Source: Thermodesulfobacteriota bacterium
GTDB lineage: Bacteria > Desulfobacterota > Desulfarculia > JACQYL01
Assembly: GCA_963675595.2 (NCBI GenBank)
Contig: CAXXLZ010000002.1
Location: 2,784,001 to 2,848,000, forward strand
DNA: 64,000 nucleotides
Direction of reading: 5' to 3'
In this document: piece after piece, positions 18,169-28,152 of the stretch
Numbering within the stretch: position 1 is the stretch's first letter
Layout: every line of letters begins with the position of its first letter
Translations under genes and position numbers: made by a program
Notes under the pieces: model-generated
The model's input: only the letters and a program-made list of their open reading frames with translations
Databases searched by the model: none
What the model was told of the DNA's origin: nothing

Positions 18169-19125
18169 CTAAGAAACCATTCGCCGATCGTGATGGCGGG
18201 ACAAGAAGAACGCCTTCATTTCCTGAAGAATGCTTTCCTCCTCTTGGGGATGAAGCCATTTGGCCTCCGCGACTCCCCCGAACCAGGTCAGCTGGCGTTT
18301 GGCGAAACGTCTGGTGTCCCTCTTCAGGAGCCTTGAAGTCTCCTCAAGGGAAAGCTCACCTCGAATGTAGCATGCCGCATGCCGGTATCCGATGGCCTGC
18401 ATGGGGCCGGGATCAGCGGAGTAGCCCATGTCCAGAAGACGCTTCACTTCCTGAATGAGGCCCGCCGCCAGCATCTCGTCCGTACGTCGGTCGATGCGAT
18501 GAAAGAGCTCTTCTCTGGGACGATTCAGCACCAGATACAGTACGTCCCATTCCCGGTTTCGAAACCCGTGTTCTTTGTGCGCTCGAGTGATGGAACTCCC
18601 CGTGAGTTCGAAAACCTCGACGGCGCGCACAATGCGAACCAAGTCGTTGGGATGGATTCGGGCCGCCGCCTCCGGATCCATGCGATTGAGTGCGGAGTGG
18701 AGAGCGGGGGAGCCCTCCTCCAGGGCTTGGGCCTTCAGACGGGCTCTCAGTTCGGGCGAGGACGGAGGCGACGGGAACAGGCCATGAAGCAGGGCCTTGA
18801 TATAAAGCCCCGTTCCGCCCACCACCAGGACGCGTTTCCCTCTCTGGAAGATACCGCTTACGGCCTCCGAGGCTTCTCTGCGGAACCGGGCCGCATCGTA
18901 GGGCTCGTCGGGGAAGACGACGTCGATGAGATGGTGGGGAACCCGACCTCTCTCTTCAGGCGTGGCCTTCGCGGTTCCGATGTCCATGAAACGATACACC
19001 TGCATCGAGTCCGCGTTAACAATCTCGGCGCCCAGTGTTTCAGCGGCCTTCAGGGATAGTCGGGTCTTACCGACGCCCGTGGGTCCCGTCATTACGACGA
19101 TCCGAGGTCGAGAGCGAGGTTCCAC
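18169..19125 (-). CDS. miaA: tRNA dimethylallyltransferase
   Basis: GPTGVGKT, NADSMQVY, DIGTAK, VGGTGLY, AKRQLTWF; start assigned to the GTG just after the mutL stop. Confidence 0.95.
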   Translation of the reverse strand: MEPRSRPRIVVMTGPTGVGKTRLSLKAAETLGAEIVNADSMQVYRFMDIGTAKATPEERGRVPHHLIDVVFPDEPYDAARFRREASEAVSGIFQRGKRVLVVGGTGLYIKALLHGLFPSPPSSPELRARLKAQALEEGSPALHSALNRMDPEAAARIHPNDLVRIVRAVEVFELTGSSITRAHKEHGFRNREWDVLYLVLNRPREELFHRIDRRTDEMLAAGLIQEVKRLLDMGYSADPGPMQAIGYRHAACYIRGELSLEETSRLLKRDTRRFAKRQLTWFGGVAEAKWLHPQEEESILQEMKAFFLSRHHDRRMVS

Positions 19126-19142
19126 AATCGTGCTTTCAGTAA

Positions 19143-20924
19143 TCAGGTTCGCTTGAGGTCGCGTAGGATTTCCGGATAGTCCACCCGTTTCCACACCGGA
19201 CGGCCGTGTGGACAATGGTGCGGGCCTTTGAGAGCCATGAGGTCTTCCACCAACGCCTCCATCTCGAGTTGATTCAGTGCCCTACCCGACCGGACGGAAC
19301 CGTGACAAGCCATGGAGGCCAACACGTGTTCCATGGCGGAGCCCCCTTCCCTCCTTTGAGAGGGTCCTTCGATGCGCGCCAGAACGTCCCTCACCACCAC
19401 GGTCGCTTCAAGCCCCGCACAAACGGCGGGAATCGTGCGGACTAGATAGGTGGTTTCTCCGAAAGGCTCCAACTCGATGCCCGCCGCACCGAGCTCTTCC
19501 CGCAGGTCTTTCAAAACGAGTGATTCCCGAGGAGTCAGATCGAGAATCGCGGGAGAGACGAGGGCTTGTCGCGGCACGGGGCCTTGGGCGAGAGAATTTT
19601 TTAGCCGATGGTATACGATCCGTTCATGAGCGGCATGCTGGTCCACGATGAGAAGCCCTTCGTCCGTCTCCAAGAGGATGTAACTCTTGCCGAGCTGTCC
19701 GATGACTTTGAGCAAAGGCGCGGGCTCCATGGACGGAAGCCGCAGCTGTTCGACCGACTCCTCCGGCTGTGCCGGTACAGGGCTCGCCGCCGGTTCCCGA
19801 ACCTCGTGTCGCCTTCCCTCAATTGGCCTTGCCGGGACCGCGGCGAAGCGCGGCATTCCGTCGCCGGGCCTCCGCCCCCAATCCGGAGCGCGCCCGGTGG
19901 AGGAACGGCTTCGGGTCGCGGCGATTCCGTCCGGAGTTTCCGATGCAAGCCCCCCTTCCACCGCTCGAACCACCAGGTCGTAAAGCTTCGACGGGGACCT
20001 GAACCGCACTTCGGCCTTGGCGGGGTGCACGTTCACATCCACTTCGGCGGGATCCGTTTCCAGAAGAAGCACGGCCAGGGGATAAGCGCCTTTGGAGAGA
20101 AACGGCCGGTAGGCGTCAAGCACGGCTTTGTGAATCAAGCGATCCTTGACGGGCCTGCCGTTGACATAGACATAAAGATGCCGTGGAGCGGTTCGGGATA
20201 TTTCGGGCGGAGCCAGAAGCCCCGAGACTCTGGGAAGGCCGGCTCCGGACGAGAAGTCGAGCGTCCGGCCCGCTATGGCCCGCCCCCACAAAAACACCAA
20301 CCGGTCGCGAAGAGTCGTCCCTTTGGGAAACTCCATCGCTTTCTTGCCGTCCACTCGAAGTTCGAAACGGATGTCGGGGCAAGCCAGGGCGGTGCGGATG
20401 AAACCGTCCGCCACGTGCTGCATCTCCGTGGAAACGCTTTTTAGAAACTTGAGCCTGACCGGGGTATTATAAAAGAGTCGGGAGGCGGATATGCGTGTCC
20501 CCACGGGCATGGCGATCTCTTCCACGTTGCGGACCGTTCCGCCCTCCACCAGAATGCGCTGGCCCGTTTCCCGGTCCGCGACGCGGCTCTCCAATGTCAA
20601 ACGGCTCACCGAGGCAATGCTGGGCAAAGCCTCGCCTCTGAACCCCAACGACCGAACGGCGAACAGGTCTTCCTCGCGGATCAGCTTGCTCGTGGCATGC
20701 CGTTCTATGGCCAGAAGCATGTCGTCGGGCTCCATGCCGCAGCCGTTGTCCACCAGAGTAATGTTCTTACGCCCGCCCCCTTCCACCGCCGCGAAGATCC
20801 GGTCGGCGCCGGCGTCCACCGCGTTTTCCAGGAGTTCCTTCAGCACGGAAGCGGGCCGTTCCACCACTTCCCCGGCGGCGATCTTGTTGGCCAGAATGTC
20901 GGGCAAGAGCTTGATTTTGGGCAT
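19143..20924 (-). CDS. mutL: DNA mismatch repair protein MutL
   Basis: IAAGEVVERPASV, GFRGEALPSI, DVNVHPAK, endonuclease motif DQHAAHER, ACH, CPHGRP. Confidence 0.97.
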   Translation of the reverse strand: MPKIKLLPDILANKIAAGEVVERPASVLKELLENAVDAGADRIFAAVEGGGRKNITLVDNGCGMEPDDMLLAIERHATSKLIREEDLFAVRSLGFRGEALPSIASVSRLTLESRVADRETGQRILVEGGTVRNVEEIAMPVGTRISASRLFYNTPVRLKFLKSVSTEMQHVADGFIRTALACPDIRFELRVDGKKAMEFPKGTTLRDRLVFLWGRAIAGRTLDFSSGAGLPRVSGLLAPPEISRTAPRHLYVYVNGRPVKDRLIHKAVLDAYRPFLSKGAYPLAVLLLETDPAEVDVNVHPAKAEVRFRSPSKLYDLVVRAVEGGLASETPDGIAATRSRSSTGRAPDWGRRPGDGMPRFAAVPARPIEGRRHEVREPAASPVPAQPEESVEQLRLPSMEPAPLLKVIGQLGKSYILLETDEGLLIVDQHAAHERIVYHRLKNSLAQGPVPRQALVSPAILDLTPRESLVLKDLREELGAAGIELEPFGETTYLVRTIPAVCAGLEATVVVRDVLARIEGPSQRREGGSAMEHVLASMACHGSVRSGRALNQLEMEALVEDLMALKGPHHCPHGRPVWKRVDYPEILRDLKRT

Positions 20925-21101
20925 GAGCGACTCCGGCTGTCGACGGGTCAAGGATTGTCAAAGAGTCGGCGGATATGATAGGGTTGCAATCTAGGGAGGG
21001 CCTTAGCAGGGTTCTTCTTAACATCGAGGACCCCCGCCGAACCGCCGATCGCCTTCTTCCAAACCTCGGCGGGGGTCTTTGTCGAACGTCGGGGGTCAAC
21101 T

Positions 21102-21278
21102 ATGGATCGTAGCATGGACCAGCGCGAAGAGTCCGTTCTGAAAGCCACAAAGGAAATCGTCGTCAAGTTCATCGAAACCGGACGACTCAGCCTCAGTTCC
21201 TTCGAGGAAGCCTATGTGTTGGTGAGCCGGGTCGTTCGGGAAAACATTCGGACCCCGGAAGAGCCTTCCGAAGAATAG
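21102..21278 (+). CDS. 58-aa small conserved hypothetical protein
   Basis: Read manually: MDRSMDQREESVLKATKEIVVKFIETGRLSLSSFEEAYVLVSRVVRENIRTPEEPSEE. The KEIVVKFIE.GR.S..SF motif is recalled as typical of Desulfobacterota small proteins. Confidence 0.75.
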   Translation: MDRSMDQREESVLKATKEIVVKFIETGRLSLSSFEEAYVLVSRVVRENIRTPEEPSEE

Positions 21279-21343
21279 TCCCCCCGGCCGCTTCCTCGCC
21301 GCCTACATCCTCCCCCGATCGTTCACGCCCATTGGTCGGCTCC

Positions 21344-22072
21344 TCAGCACTTGTTGGCGCCGGTCTGAGCCACCAGACTGCTCGCCCGGAGCAGGGAGTC
21401 AAACGTACCCGCGTCGGTCCACCACCCTTCGAGCATGCTCCAGGTCATGGTCCCCTGCTCAATATACGCGTTGTTTACGTCGGTGATCTCCAATTCCCCT
21501 CTGGCGGAAGGTTTGAGAGTCTGGATAATCTCGAACACAGAGGGGTCGTACATATAGATTCCCACCACGGCGTAGGAGGAAGGCGGGTTGACGGGCTTCT
21601 CGATGATCTTCACGACCCGGTTCCCATCCACGATGGGAACGCCGAACCGGTGAGGATCGGGCACTTCTTTGAGCAGAATCTTGGCGCCGGTCTTCTGCCT
21701 CTTGAATTCCTCCACCGCCCCAATGATGTTATTCTCGATGATGTTGTCGCCCAAGACCACACAGATTTGTTGGTTGTCCGCGAAGTATTCGGCCACTCGT
21801 AATGCGTCGGCGATACCGCCTTCTCCCTCCTGGTAAGCGTAATTCAGGTGTTTCAGGCCGAAATCCCGGCCGTTGGCCAGCAACTTGAGGAAATCACCGG
21901 CATTGTTCCCGCCCGTGACGATGGTAATGTCGTCGATCCCCGCATTCACCAAGGTCTGAAGCGGGTAAAAAATCATGGGCTTGTCGTACACGGGAAGCAG
22001 ATGCTTGTTGGTGATACGGGTGAGCGGATACAACCGGGTCCCCAATCCGCCTGCCAGAATAATGCCTTTCAT
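21344..22072 (-). CDS. Sugar-phosphate nucleotidyltransferase (RmlA/SpsI-like glucose-1-phosphate thymidylyltransferase)
   Basis: MKGIILAGGLGTRLYPLT..KHLLPVYDKPMI, PSARGELEITD, WTDAGT. Confidence 0.9.
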   Translation of the reverse strand: MKGIILAGGLGTRLYPLTRITNKHLLPVYDKPMIFYPLQTLVNAGIDDITIVTGGNNAGDFLKLLANGRDFGLKHLNYAYQEGEGGIADALRVAEYFADNQQICVVLGDNIIENNIIGAVEEFKRQKTGAKILLKEVPDPHRFGVPIVDGNRVVKIIEKPVNPPSSYAVVGIYMYDPSVFEIIQTLKPSARGELEITDVNNAYIEQGTMTWSMLEGWWTDAGTFDSLLRASSLVAQTGANKC

Positions 22073-22851
22073 GCATGCTCCTTTTTCATTGTGTCCGGTC
22101 CGGGGTAACGGACCTCCACCAGATAAAGACCATGGGCCGGCGCTTTGGGGCCGGCGAGACGGCGGTCTTTCGATTCCAGAATGCTCCGAACGGCGTTGGA
22201 GTCCATCTTATTCCTACCCACCTCCACCAAGGTGCCCACCAGGTTTCGGACCATGTGCCTCAGGAACCCGTTCGCGGAAACGGCGATCCGGATCATCCCG
22301 GGTTCCGTTTCCAGGATCGAAAATTGTGTGATGGTACGCACCGGGTTCAAATCGTCCCCCCCCGAAGACCGGAAAGAGGAAAAATCCAACGTGCCGGTAA
22401 GCAGGGGAAGACACCGCCGCATGCCCTCCGTGTCAAGGGGACGGCCTACGTGCCAAGCCCGCCGCAGCAAAAGCGCCGAACGGTAAGGCTTGTTCCATAT
22501 CAGGTAGTGATACGTCTTGGAGACACTCGAAAAGCGGGCATGAAACTCCGCGGGCGCGTCCTCCGCGCCTACCACGGCAATATCCCGCGGCAGCAGGGCG
22601 TTGAGCGCGTTTTGAAACACACCCGCCGGATACTCGGCATCGGTGTGGAAATGGGCCACCTGCCCCCAGGCATGGACACCGGCATCGGTTCTCCCCGACG
22701 CGTAAACCGTGACCGCCGCCCCGAGCATCCGGCCTAGAGCATCCTCCAAGACCCCCTGGATGGTCAAAGCGTCGGCCTGTCTCTGCCATCCCGCGTACGC
22801 GCCCCCGTCGTATTCGAGCACCAGCTTGATGGTTCTTTGCGCGCGTACCAC
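22069..22851 (-). CDS. truA: tRNA pseudouridine(38-40) synthase
   Basis: YDG..YAGWQRQ, SGRTDAGVHA, FHARF, GFLRHMVR. Confidence 0.95.
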   Translation of the reverse strand: MVRAQRTIKLVLEYDGGAYAGWQRQADALTIQGVLEDALGRMLGAAVTVYASGRTDAGVHAWGQVAHFHTDAEYPAGVFQNALNALLPRDIAVVGAEDAPAEFHARFSSVSKTYHYLIWNKPYRSALLLRRAWHVGRPLDTEGMRRCLPLLTGTLDFSSFRSSGGDDLNPVRTITQFSILETEPGMIRIAVSANGFLRHMVRNLVGTLVEVGRNKMDSNAVRSILESKDRRLAGPKAPAHGLYLVEVRYPGPDTMKKEHA

Positions 22852-22867
22852 GAAAGGAAACCTTCCG

Positions 22868-23905
22868 TCAAGGGAACACGGGCACCAGTCTCAGCCCTGC
22901 GGTTTCTTCCAAGCCGAGCATAAGATTCATATTTTGGACGGCCTGCCCGGAAGCGCCTTTGACCAGATTGTCGATGGCGGAAACCACGACGACACGACCG
23001 GTCCGTCCATCCACTCTGAGCCCCAAGTCGCAGAAATTGGACCCCGTCACATTCGAGGTGGCGGGAAAGGACTCGGGAGGCAGCACCCGAATGAAAGGTT
23101 CGTCGCGATAAAACGCTTCCATTTCCTCCAACAGACCTTCCGTGGTCGGGTCACCCAAAATGCGGGCATAGACCGTTGTCAGGATTCCCCGATTCATGGG
23201 CGTCAAGTGGGGAGTGAAGGTTATGGTCACCGGTGCGCCCGCGACAAAAGAAAGCTCCTGTTCGATCTCGGGAGTGTGCCGGTGTTGGCCCACTTTGTAG
23301 GCCTTGAAGGACTCGTTCACTTCGCAGAAAACGGTGCCCTGGGCGGGAGCCCGGCCTGCGCCGCTGGCGCCGCTCTTCGAATCCACGATGATCGTGGATA
23401 CATCCACTCGGCGGTTCTTGAGCAAAGGGGCCAGGGCCAGTATGGCGCTGGTGGGATAGCAACCGGGATTTCCCACCAACTGAGCCGAACGCACGTCTTC
23501 CTTATGAAGTTCCGGTAGTCCGTAAACGGCCTGCGCCAGGAGTTCGGGTGAACTGTGGGTATGATACCATTCCGCGTAGACACCGGCGTTGCGGAAGCGA
23601 AAATCCGCGCTCAAGTCCACGACCTTAAGCCCCTCCGCCAGCAGCTTGGGAACGAATTCCATGGCGGTTTCGTGCGGAAGGGCCGTGAACGCCGTGCTCG
23701 CCTTGGCAGCCACGGACTTGGGGTCGGGCGCCTCGAAGGTAAGATCGGTGAATCCTCCCAAAGACGGGAAGACTCGGGAAACCTTTTTCCCCGCATACTG
23801 GCGACTGGTCACACAAGCGACATGCAACTCGGGATGGTGGGCGAGCAGTCGGATGAGCTCGATTCCGGTGTACCCCGAAGCGCCGATGATTGCGGTCTCG
23901 GTCAT
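22868..23905 (-). CDS. argC: N-acetyl-gamma-glutamyl-phosphate reductase
   Basis: GASGYTG, DLSADFR, NPGCYPT, HRHTPEI, DNLVKGASGQAVQNMN. Confidence 0.97.
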   Translation of the reverse strand: MTETAIIGASGYTGIELIRLLAHHPELHVACVTSRQYAGKKVSRVFPSLGGFTDLTFEAPDPKSVAAKASTAFTALPHETAMEFVPKLLAEGLKVVDLSADFRFRNAGVYAEWYHTHSSPELLAQAVYGLPELHKEDVRSAQLVGNPGCYPTSAILALAPLLKNRRVDVSTIIVDSKSGASGAGRAPAQGTVFCEVNESFKAYKVGQHRHTPEIEQELSFVAGAPVTITFTPHLTPMNRGILTTVYARILGDPTTEGLLEEMEAFYRDEPFIRVLPPESFPATSNVTGSNFCDLGLRVDGRTGRVVVVSAIDNLVKGASGQAVQNMNLMLGLEETAGLRLVPVFP

Positions 23906-23934
23906 GGCAAGGACCTCCGGTGCAAGGGTTCATG

Positions 23935-23966
23935 AAAAAAGGGAGGGGCTGCGCACCCTCCCTTTT
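23935..23966 (-). terminator. Rho-independent terminator after rpsI
   Basis: AAAAGGGAGGG...CCCTCCCTTTT inverted repeat with a U6 tract on the minus strand. Confidence 0.75.
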
Positions 23967-23993
23967 CCAATCGATTACCGAAAATGGTATGGA

Positions 23994-24389
23994 TCAGCGT
24001 TTGGAATACTGGTACCTGGCTCGCGCACCCCTGAGTCCGTATTTCTTTCTTTCCTTCACGCGGTCGTCGCGCGTGAGAAAACCGGCGCGCTTCAGCACCG
24101 TGCGGAACTCGGGATTGACCTGGAGCAGGGCCTTGCTGATTCCATGTTTCACGGCGCCCGCCTGACCGGAGATGCCCCCTCCCCTCGCAGTGACCACCAC
24201 GTCGTATTTGTTCAGGGTACTGGTGATCTGGAAGGGTTGACGAACCACCATGCAGGCGGTTTCCCGGCCGAAATACTCTTCCATGGAGCGATTATTGATG
24301 AGTATTCTCCCGGTGCCGGGTTTCAGCCAAGTTCTGGCGATGGCTGATTTCCTTTTCCCAGTGGCGTAGATGGTCTGCTGTGCGGCCAA
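23994..24389 (-). CDS. rpsI: 30S ribosomal protein S9
   Basis: [40 protein letters not shown]; TTG start with RBS GAGGAG. Confidence 0.98.
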   Translation of the reverse strand: MAAQQTIYATGKRKSAIARTWLKPGTGRILINNRSMEEYFGRETACMVVRQPFQITSTLNKYDVVVTARGGGISGQAGAVKHGISKALLQVNPEFRTVLKRAGFLTRDDRVKERKKYGLRGARARYQYSKR

Positions 24390-24399
24390 GAGCCTCTCC

Positions 24400-24831
24400 T
24401 CAGTGTAATTGCAACGTTTTGGGTTGCTGGGCTTGGTGGGGGTGTTCGGGGCCCGCGTACACCTTGAGCTTCTTCAGCATGCTGCGCCCCAAAGGATTCT
24501 TGGGAAGCATGCCTCGAACGGCAAACACAACGATGCGCTCGGGATGCTTCTTGAGCATATCTTTGGCTCCGGTGGCCTTGATGCCCCCCAAGTAGCCGGA
24601 ATGGCGGTAATAGGTCTTCTGATCCCACTTGCGGCCGGTCAGGCGGATCTTTTCAGCGTTGACCACCACAATGAAGTCACCCGTATCCATGTGCGGCGTG
24701 TAGGTGGGCTTGTTCTTCCCTCGAAGGCAAAGGGCGATGCGGCTGGCCATACGGCCCAAGGTCTGTCCCTCGGCGTCCACAACATACCAGTCACGCTTTA
24801 TGTCATCCCGTTTTGCGGAGTAGGTCTTCAT
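24400..24831 (-). CDS. rplM: 50S ribosomal protein L13
   Basis: [32 protein letters not shown]. Confidence 0.98.
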   Translation of the reverse strand: MKTYSAKRDDIKRDWYVVDAEGQTLGRMASRIALCLRGKNKPTYTPHMDTGDFIVVVNAEKIRLTGRKWDQKTYYRHSGYLGGIKATGAKDMLKKHPERIVVFAVRGMLPKNPLGRSMLKKLKVYAGPEHPHQAQQPKTLQLH

Positions 24832-24866
24832 AAATAAGGCACTCCCAGTGAAAAAATGAAGTTTTC

Positions 24867-24895
24867 TTTATAGGGAGTTCTCCGAGACGTGTCAA
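24867..24895 (-). promoter_or_regulatory. sigma70 promoter of rplM-rpsI
   Basis: TTGACA-N17-TATAAA on the minus strand. Confidence 0.8.
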
Positions 24896-24924
24896 GGAAA
24901 AATATCCAAAAAGTGGATCGCGTT

Positions 24925-25914
24925 TCAAATGATGAAGGGAGCAAACTCCGCTTTGGGGCGGCTCCGGCCTCTTTGAGGCGGGAAGGGGCCGCCGATGGGT
25001 CGAAGCACGACCACCCGAGCTTCCTCCCCTTCCCCTACGTCGCCGTAACTCGCGGCCAAATCCGCCGCGTCCTGCAACTCCCCGGGGGCGGCTCCTTCCG
25101 GCACGAGCACCACGGGACCGGGAATGTCCGCGCATTGGAGCGCCGGAATAGGCTCCGGGGTCAACGACAAAAGGGCGTCGTTTTCCTCTTTGTCCCTTCC
25201 CACCACCAGTTTGAGGCCGGATTTCATGCGAAAGTGTCTTCCCGTTTTAAGGATTTCCATTTCCCAAACCTCGGGTCGGGGACCCCGGTGAGTGAAAAGA
25301 TCCCTCAGTCGGCGGGAAAAAACCTCTTCGGTCAGGCGGCATCCCCCAGCGGGCGCCGGATAGGACTCCAATCCCAGTTCCTCGGCGAGAGCTATTTGGG
25401 GTTTACGGGACCTGCCCTTGAAATCCGGGAGCAGTGAACGATCCACCCACCCCTGTTCCTCGGGAAAGGTTTCGGCAAGGCAACGAGCGCTCAAGGGACG
25501 CAGCAGTCGCGCCCCGATCCCCGATTCCCGAGCCACCTGCGCCAGGGAACGGAGCGTTTGCGACATGGGCCGCTGGCCCAGCACCTCCCCCGTAAATACG
25601 AAATGCGCCTCCTGCGGCCCCATCAACTCTCCCGCAATGCGCACCATGAGCGTATGGCAGTCGATGCAGGGATTCATGTTTCTGCCGAAGCCGTGTTTCG
25701 GGGCGGCCAGCATGTCCAGATATCGGTCCGTGATGTCCGTTACGATGAGGGGAATGCCCGTTCTCTCAGAGGCATCGCGTGCGTTGCGGTCTCCGAAGAA
25801 AGGTGTGCGGAAACACACCTGAACCACTTCGATTCCTTGATGTTTCAACACAAGGGCGGCCAGAGTGCTGTCCAATCCTCCCGACGTGAGGCCGATGGCT
25901 TTGATTCTCTGCAT
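24925..25914 (-). CDS. PP-loop tRNA thiouridylase-like protein (MnmA/ThiI-related)
   Basis: SGGLDS, NPCIDC, TGEVLGQRPMSQ, PAGGCRLT, GRHFR. Confidence 0.8.
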   Translation of the reverse strand: MQRIKAIGLTSGGLDSTLAALVLKHQGIEVVQVCFRTPFFGDRNARDASERTGIPLIVTDITDRYLDMLAAPKHGFGRNMNPCIDCHTLMVRIAGELMGPQEAHFVFTGEVLGQRPMSQTLRSLAQVARESGIGARLLRPLSARCLAETFPEEQGWVDRSLLPDFKGRSRKPQIALAEELGLESYPAPAGGCRLTEEVFSRRLRDLFTHRGPRPEVWEMEILKTGRHFRMKSGLKLVVGRDKEENDALLSLTPEPIPALQCADIPGPVVLVPEGAAPGELQDAADLAASYGDVGEGEEARVVVLRPIGGPFPPQRGRSRPKAEFAPFII

Positions 25915-26004
25915 GGATAGGATATTATTCCGGAAACGGAACCCGAATCAACCGGTGAGTCCGCAAAGAGAGCGACATGAAAATACTGTGAGAGGATACC
26001 CGGC

Positions 26005-26604
26005 GTGATTGAGGCCGTGCTGTTCGACTTTGATGGAACGCTTACCCGGCCCGGAGCCATCGATTTTCGAGCCATTAAACAACGACTGGGCTGCCCGGAA
26101 ACCGAAGCGCTCCTTGAATTCATCGACCGCCTCGACCCTTCTTTCGGGCTTGAGGCTATGAGGATTCTCGAAGAAATGGAGCTTGAGGCCGCCCACCGCG
26201 CCCAACCCAACGAGGGGGCTCTGGAGCTGCTCTCGGCCATGAAACGGGAGGACATGCCTTTCGGCCTTCTGAGCCGCAACAGGGCGGCCGCCATCGAGGT
26301 TTCTCTCCGAGCCTTTCCAGGGATGTCGCTTTCGGATTTCGCCGCCGTCATCACCCGCGAACAGGCCCCGCCCAAGCCGGACCCGGCGGGGGTGCTCCTG
26401 GCCTCGTCCCGAATGGGCGTCACCCCCGGCAACCTATTGTTGGTGGGGGATTATCGTTTCGACATCATCGCGGGCCAACGAGCGGGCACCCGCACCGCGT
26501 TTCTCACCAACGGCCGGGCTTCGCAGCCGGTTCCGGGCGACCCCGTTCCCGACTTCCGGATCGAGCGTCTGCGACAGATCCACACGCTCCTGAATCTCGA
26601 TTGA
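26005..26604 (+). CDS. HAD-family hydrolase
   Basis: FDFDGTLT, KPDPAG, VGDYRFDI. Confidence 0.88.
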   Translation: MIEAVLFDFDGTLTRPGAIDFRAIKQRLGCPETEALLEFIDRLDPSFGLEAMRILEEMELEAAHRAQPNEGALELLSAMKREDMPFGLLSRNRAAAIEVSLRAFPGMSLSDFAAVITREQAPPKPDPAGVLLASSRMGVTPGNLLLVGDYRFDIIAGQRAGTRTAFLTNGRASQPVPGDPVPDFRIERLRQIHTLLNLD

Positions 26605-26895
26605 GTCCGGCAACGCACCGGGCGGCCGCTCTACGCCGACCTCCCCGCTCCTCGCTCCGTTTTTCCAAGAAAGACGCCGGGCGTTTCCGCTTACTTCACC
26701 CCGTCCATATGCCCGAGAAGAACTTTGTATTCCAACGGGCACAATGCGAGGATACCAAGCACCGAAAGGGGGCCGCCGACCGGGCCGCCGCAGGCGACGG
26801 CGTTCAAAAGTTGTAGGTTTTGTAAATTTTTCTAAAGTTATACGTACGTTTTCCGATGGTCTAATTGCAGCAGAGATGAAACTTACAGGCTGAAC

Positions 26896-26970
26896 AAGGA
26901 GGTTCTTATGCCGTAGAGCATCAAGGCTTGGGCCGCCGGAATGGACCCTAGGGATTAGTGGTCTGACTGC
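26896..26970 (+). ncRNA. Candidate cis-regulatory leader RNA (atoC-motif-like) containing an RBS and a Met-Pro-stop mini-ORF
   Basis: AAGGAGGT-tctt-ATG CCG TAG. TTGGGCCGC (26928-26936) can pair with GTGGTCTGA (26958-26966). CCCTAGGG palindrome. The resemblance to the Deltaproteobacterial atoC motif is from memory and unverified. Confidence 0.5.
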
Positions 26971-26985
26971 ACAGGGAGGTGTGGA

Positions 26986-27363
26986 ATGTTCACTTCCGGT
27001 CTTCATCTGCTGATTAACGTTCCACCAGAGAAGAAGTACACTTCCACGCAGGTCAGCTCCCAACTTAACGTCCCCCGGAGTACCCTCAGGTATTGGGAAA
27101 AGGAATTCGCCGAATTCATCTCGACCCAGGAAACCAGTGGGAAACACCGCAGGTATGGTCCCCGTGAAATCGAGGTACTCAAGGAGATCCAGGATCTCCT
27201 CGAAAACAAGCAGTATACCATTGCGGGCGCCAAACGCAGGATGCGGATCAATCGGGACAACGGCAGCTTCGAGCGAGTACTGAATCGAGCCGTTCAGGAA
27301 GTCGAAGGAGGCAAGACCCTATCGGAAGTCGCCTCCAGGATGAAAAGAAGACTCGATCTGTAA
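26986..27363 (+). CDS. MerR-family HTH transcriptional regulator
   Basis: VPRSTLRYWEKEF..GKHRRY..LLENKQYTIAGAK; RBS GGGAGGT. Confidence 0.88.
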   Translation: MFTSGLHLLINVPPEKKYTSTQVSSQLNVPRSTLRYWEKEFAEFISTQETSGKHRRYGPREIEVLKEIQDLLENKQYTIAGAKRRMRINRDNGSFERVLNRAVQEVEGGKTLSEVASRMKRRLDL

Positions 27364-27748
27364 GCTCGACGCCGAACCCCTTCCGGAAACTGTTTCCCCG
27401 GATCACCGGCATGCATTGCCGGCCGCGGGAAGGTAGAGCCGGAAGAACCGTGGGGAATAGGGAGCGCACCGGCAACAGGTGCTAGGAAATCACGCGGAAA
27501 CGCATGACCCCGGGACCCTCAAAAAGGGACCGGGCAGGATGAGCGGGTGCGGTTTCGAATCACGAGACCGCTTCGGGAAGAAACTTGAACCGGTGGAACG
27601 GTCGGCAGGCGAAAGCAACGACTCGCATGGTCCCAAGGGCCATGCGAGCTCTTTCCTTCCGCGCCGAGACGACTCCCGCTTCGCGGCAATTCCTCATGGA
27701 CTCCCACGTGGAGCATCCTCACCGAAAGACCAAGCTATCCCGTCGCCT

Positions 27749-28108
27749 TCAGGATTCCCGTTCGCGAACGTGGACGAGCCCTTGGTCGATCAGACCCCGG
27801 ATGTGGTCGTCATCAAGGGAATAATAGACCATCTTGCCCTGTTTTCGATATTTTACCAGGCGCAAATTACGCAGCAGACGCAGCTGATGGCTGGTGGCCG
27901 ATTCGGACAGATCGAGCAGTGCGGAAAGATCGCACACGCAGAGCTCTTCCGCCGCCAGGGCCATAAGAATTCTCAGGCGGGACGGTTCCCCCATGATTTT
28001 AAAGGTTTCGGCCAAGCGCCGAGTGTCGTTCTCCTCCGCGAGCCCGTCTCTCGCCTTTTCCACCCGTTCGTGGTGGACCATGCGGACTTCACAAATATCT
28101 TCCCGCAC
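27749..28108 (-). CDS. ArsR/SmtB (CadC/CzrA-like) metal-sensing repressor
   Basis: ELCVCDL, SATSHQLRLL, YYSLDDDHI...VHVRE. Confidence 0.9.
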   Translation of the reverse strand: MREDICEVRMVHHERVEKARDGLAEENDTRRLAETFKIMGEPSRLRILMALAAEELCVCDLSALLDLSESATSHQLRLLRNLRLVKYRKQGKMVYYSLDDDHIRGLIDQGLVHVRERES

Positions 28109-28152
28109 CCTAGCGGCTTCCTTTCCGGACTTTGAAGACCGGACGCTCGGAG

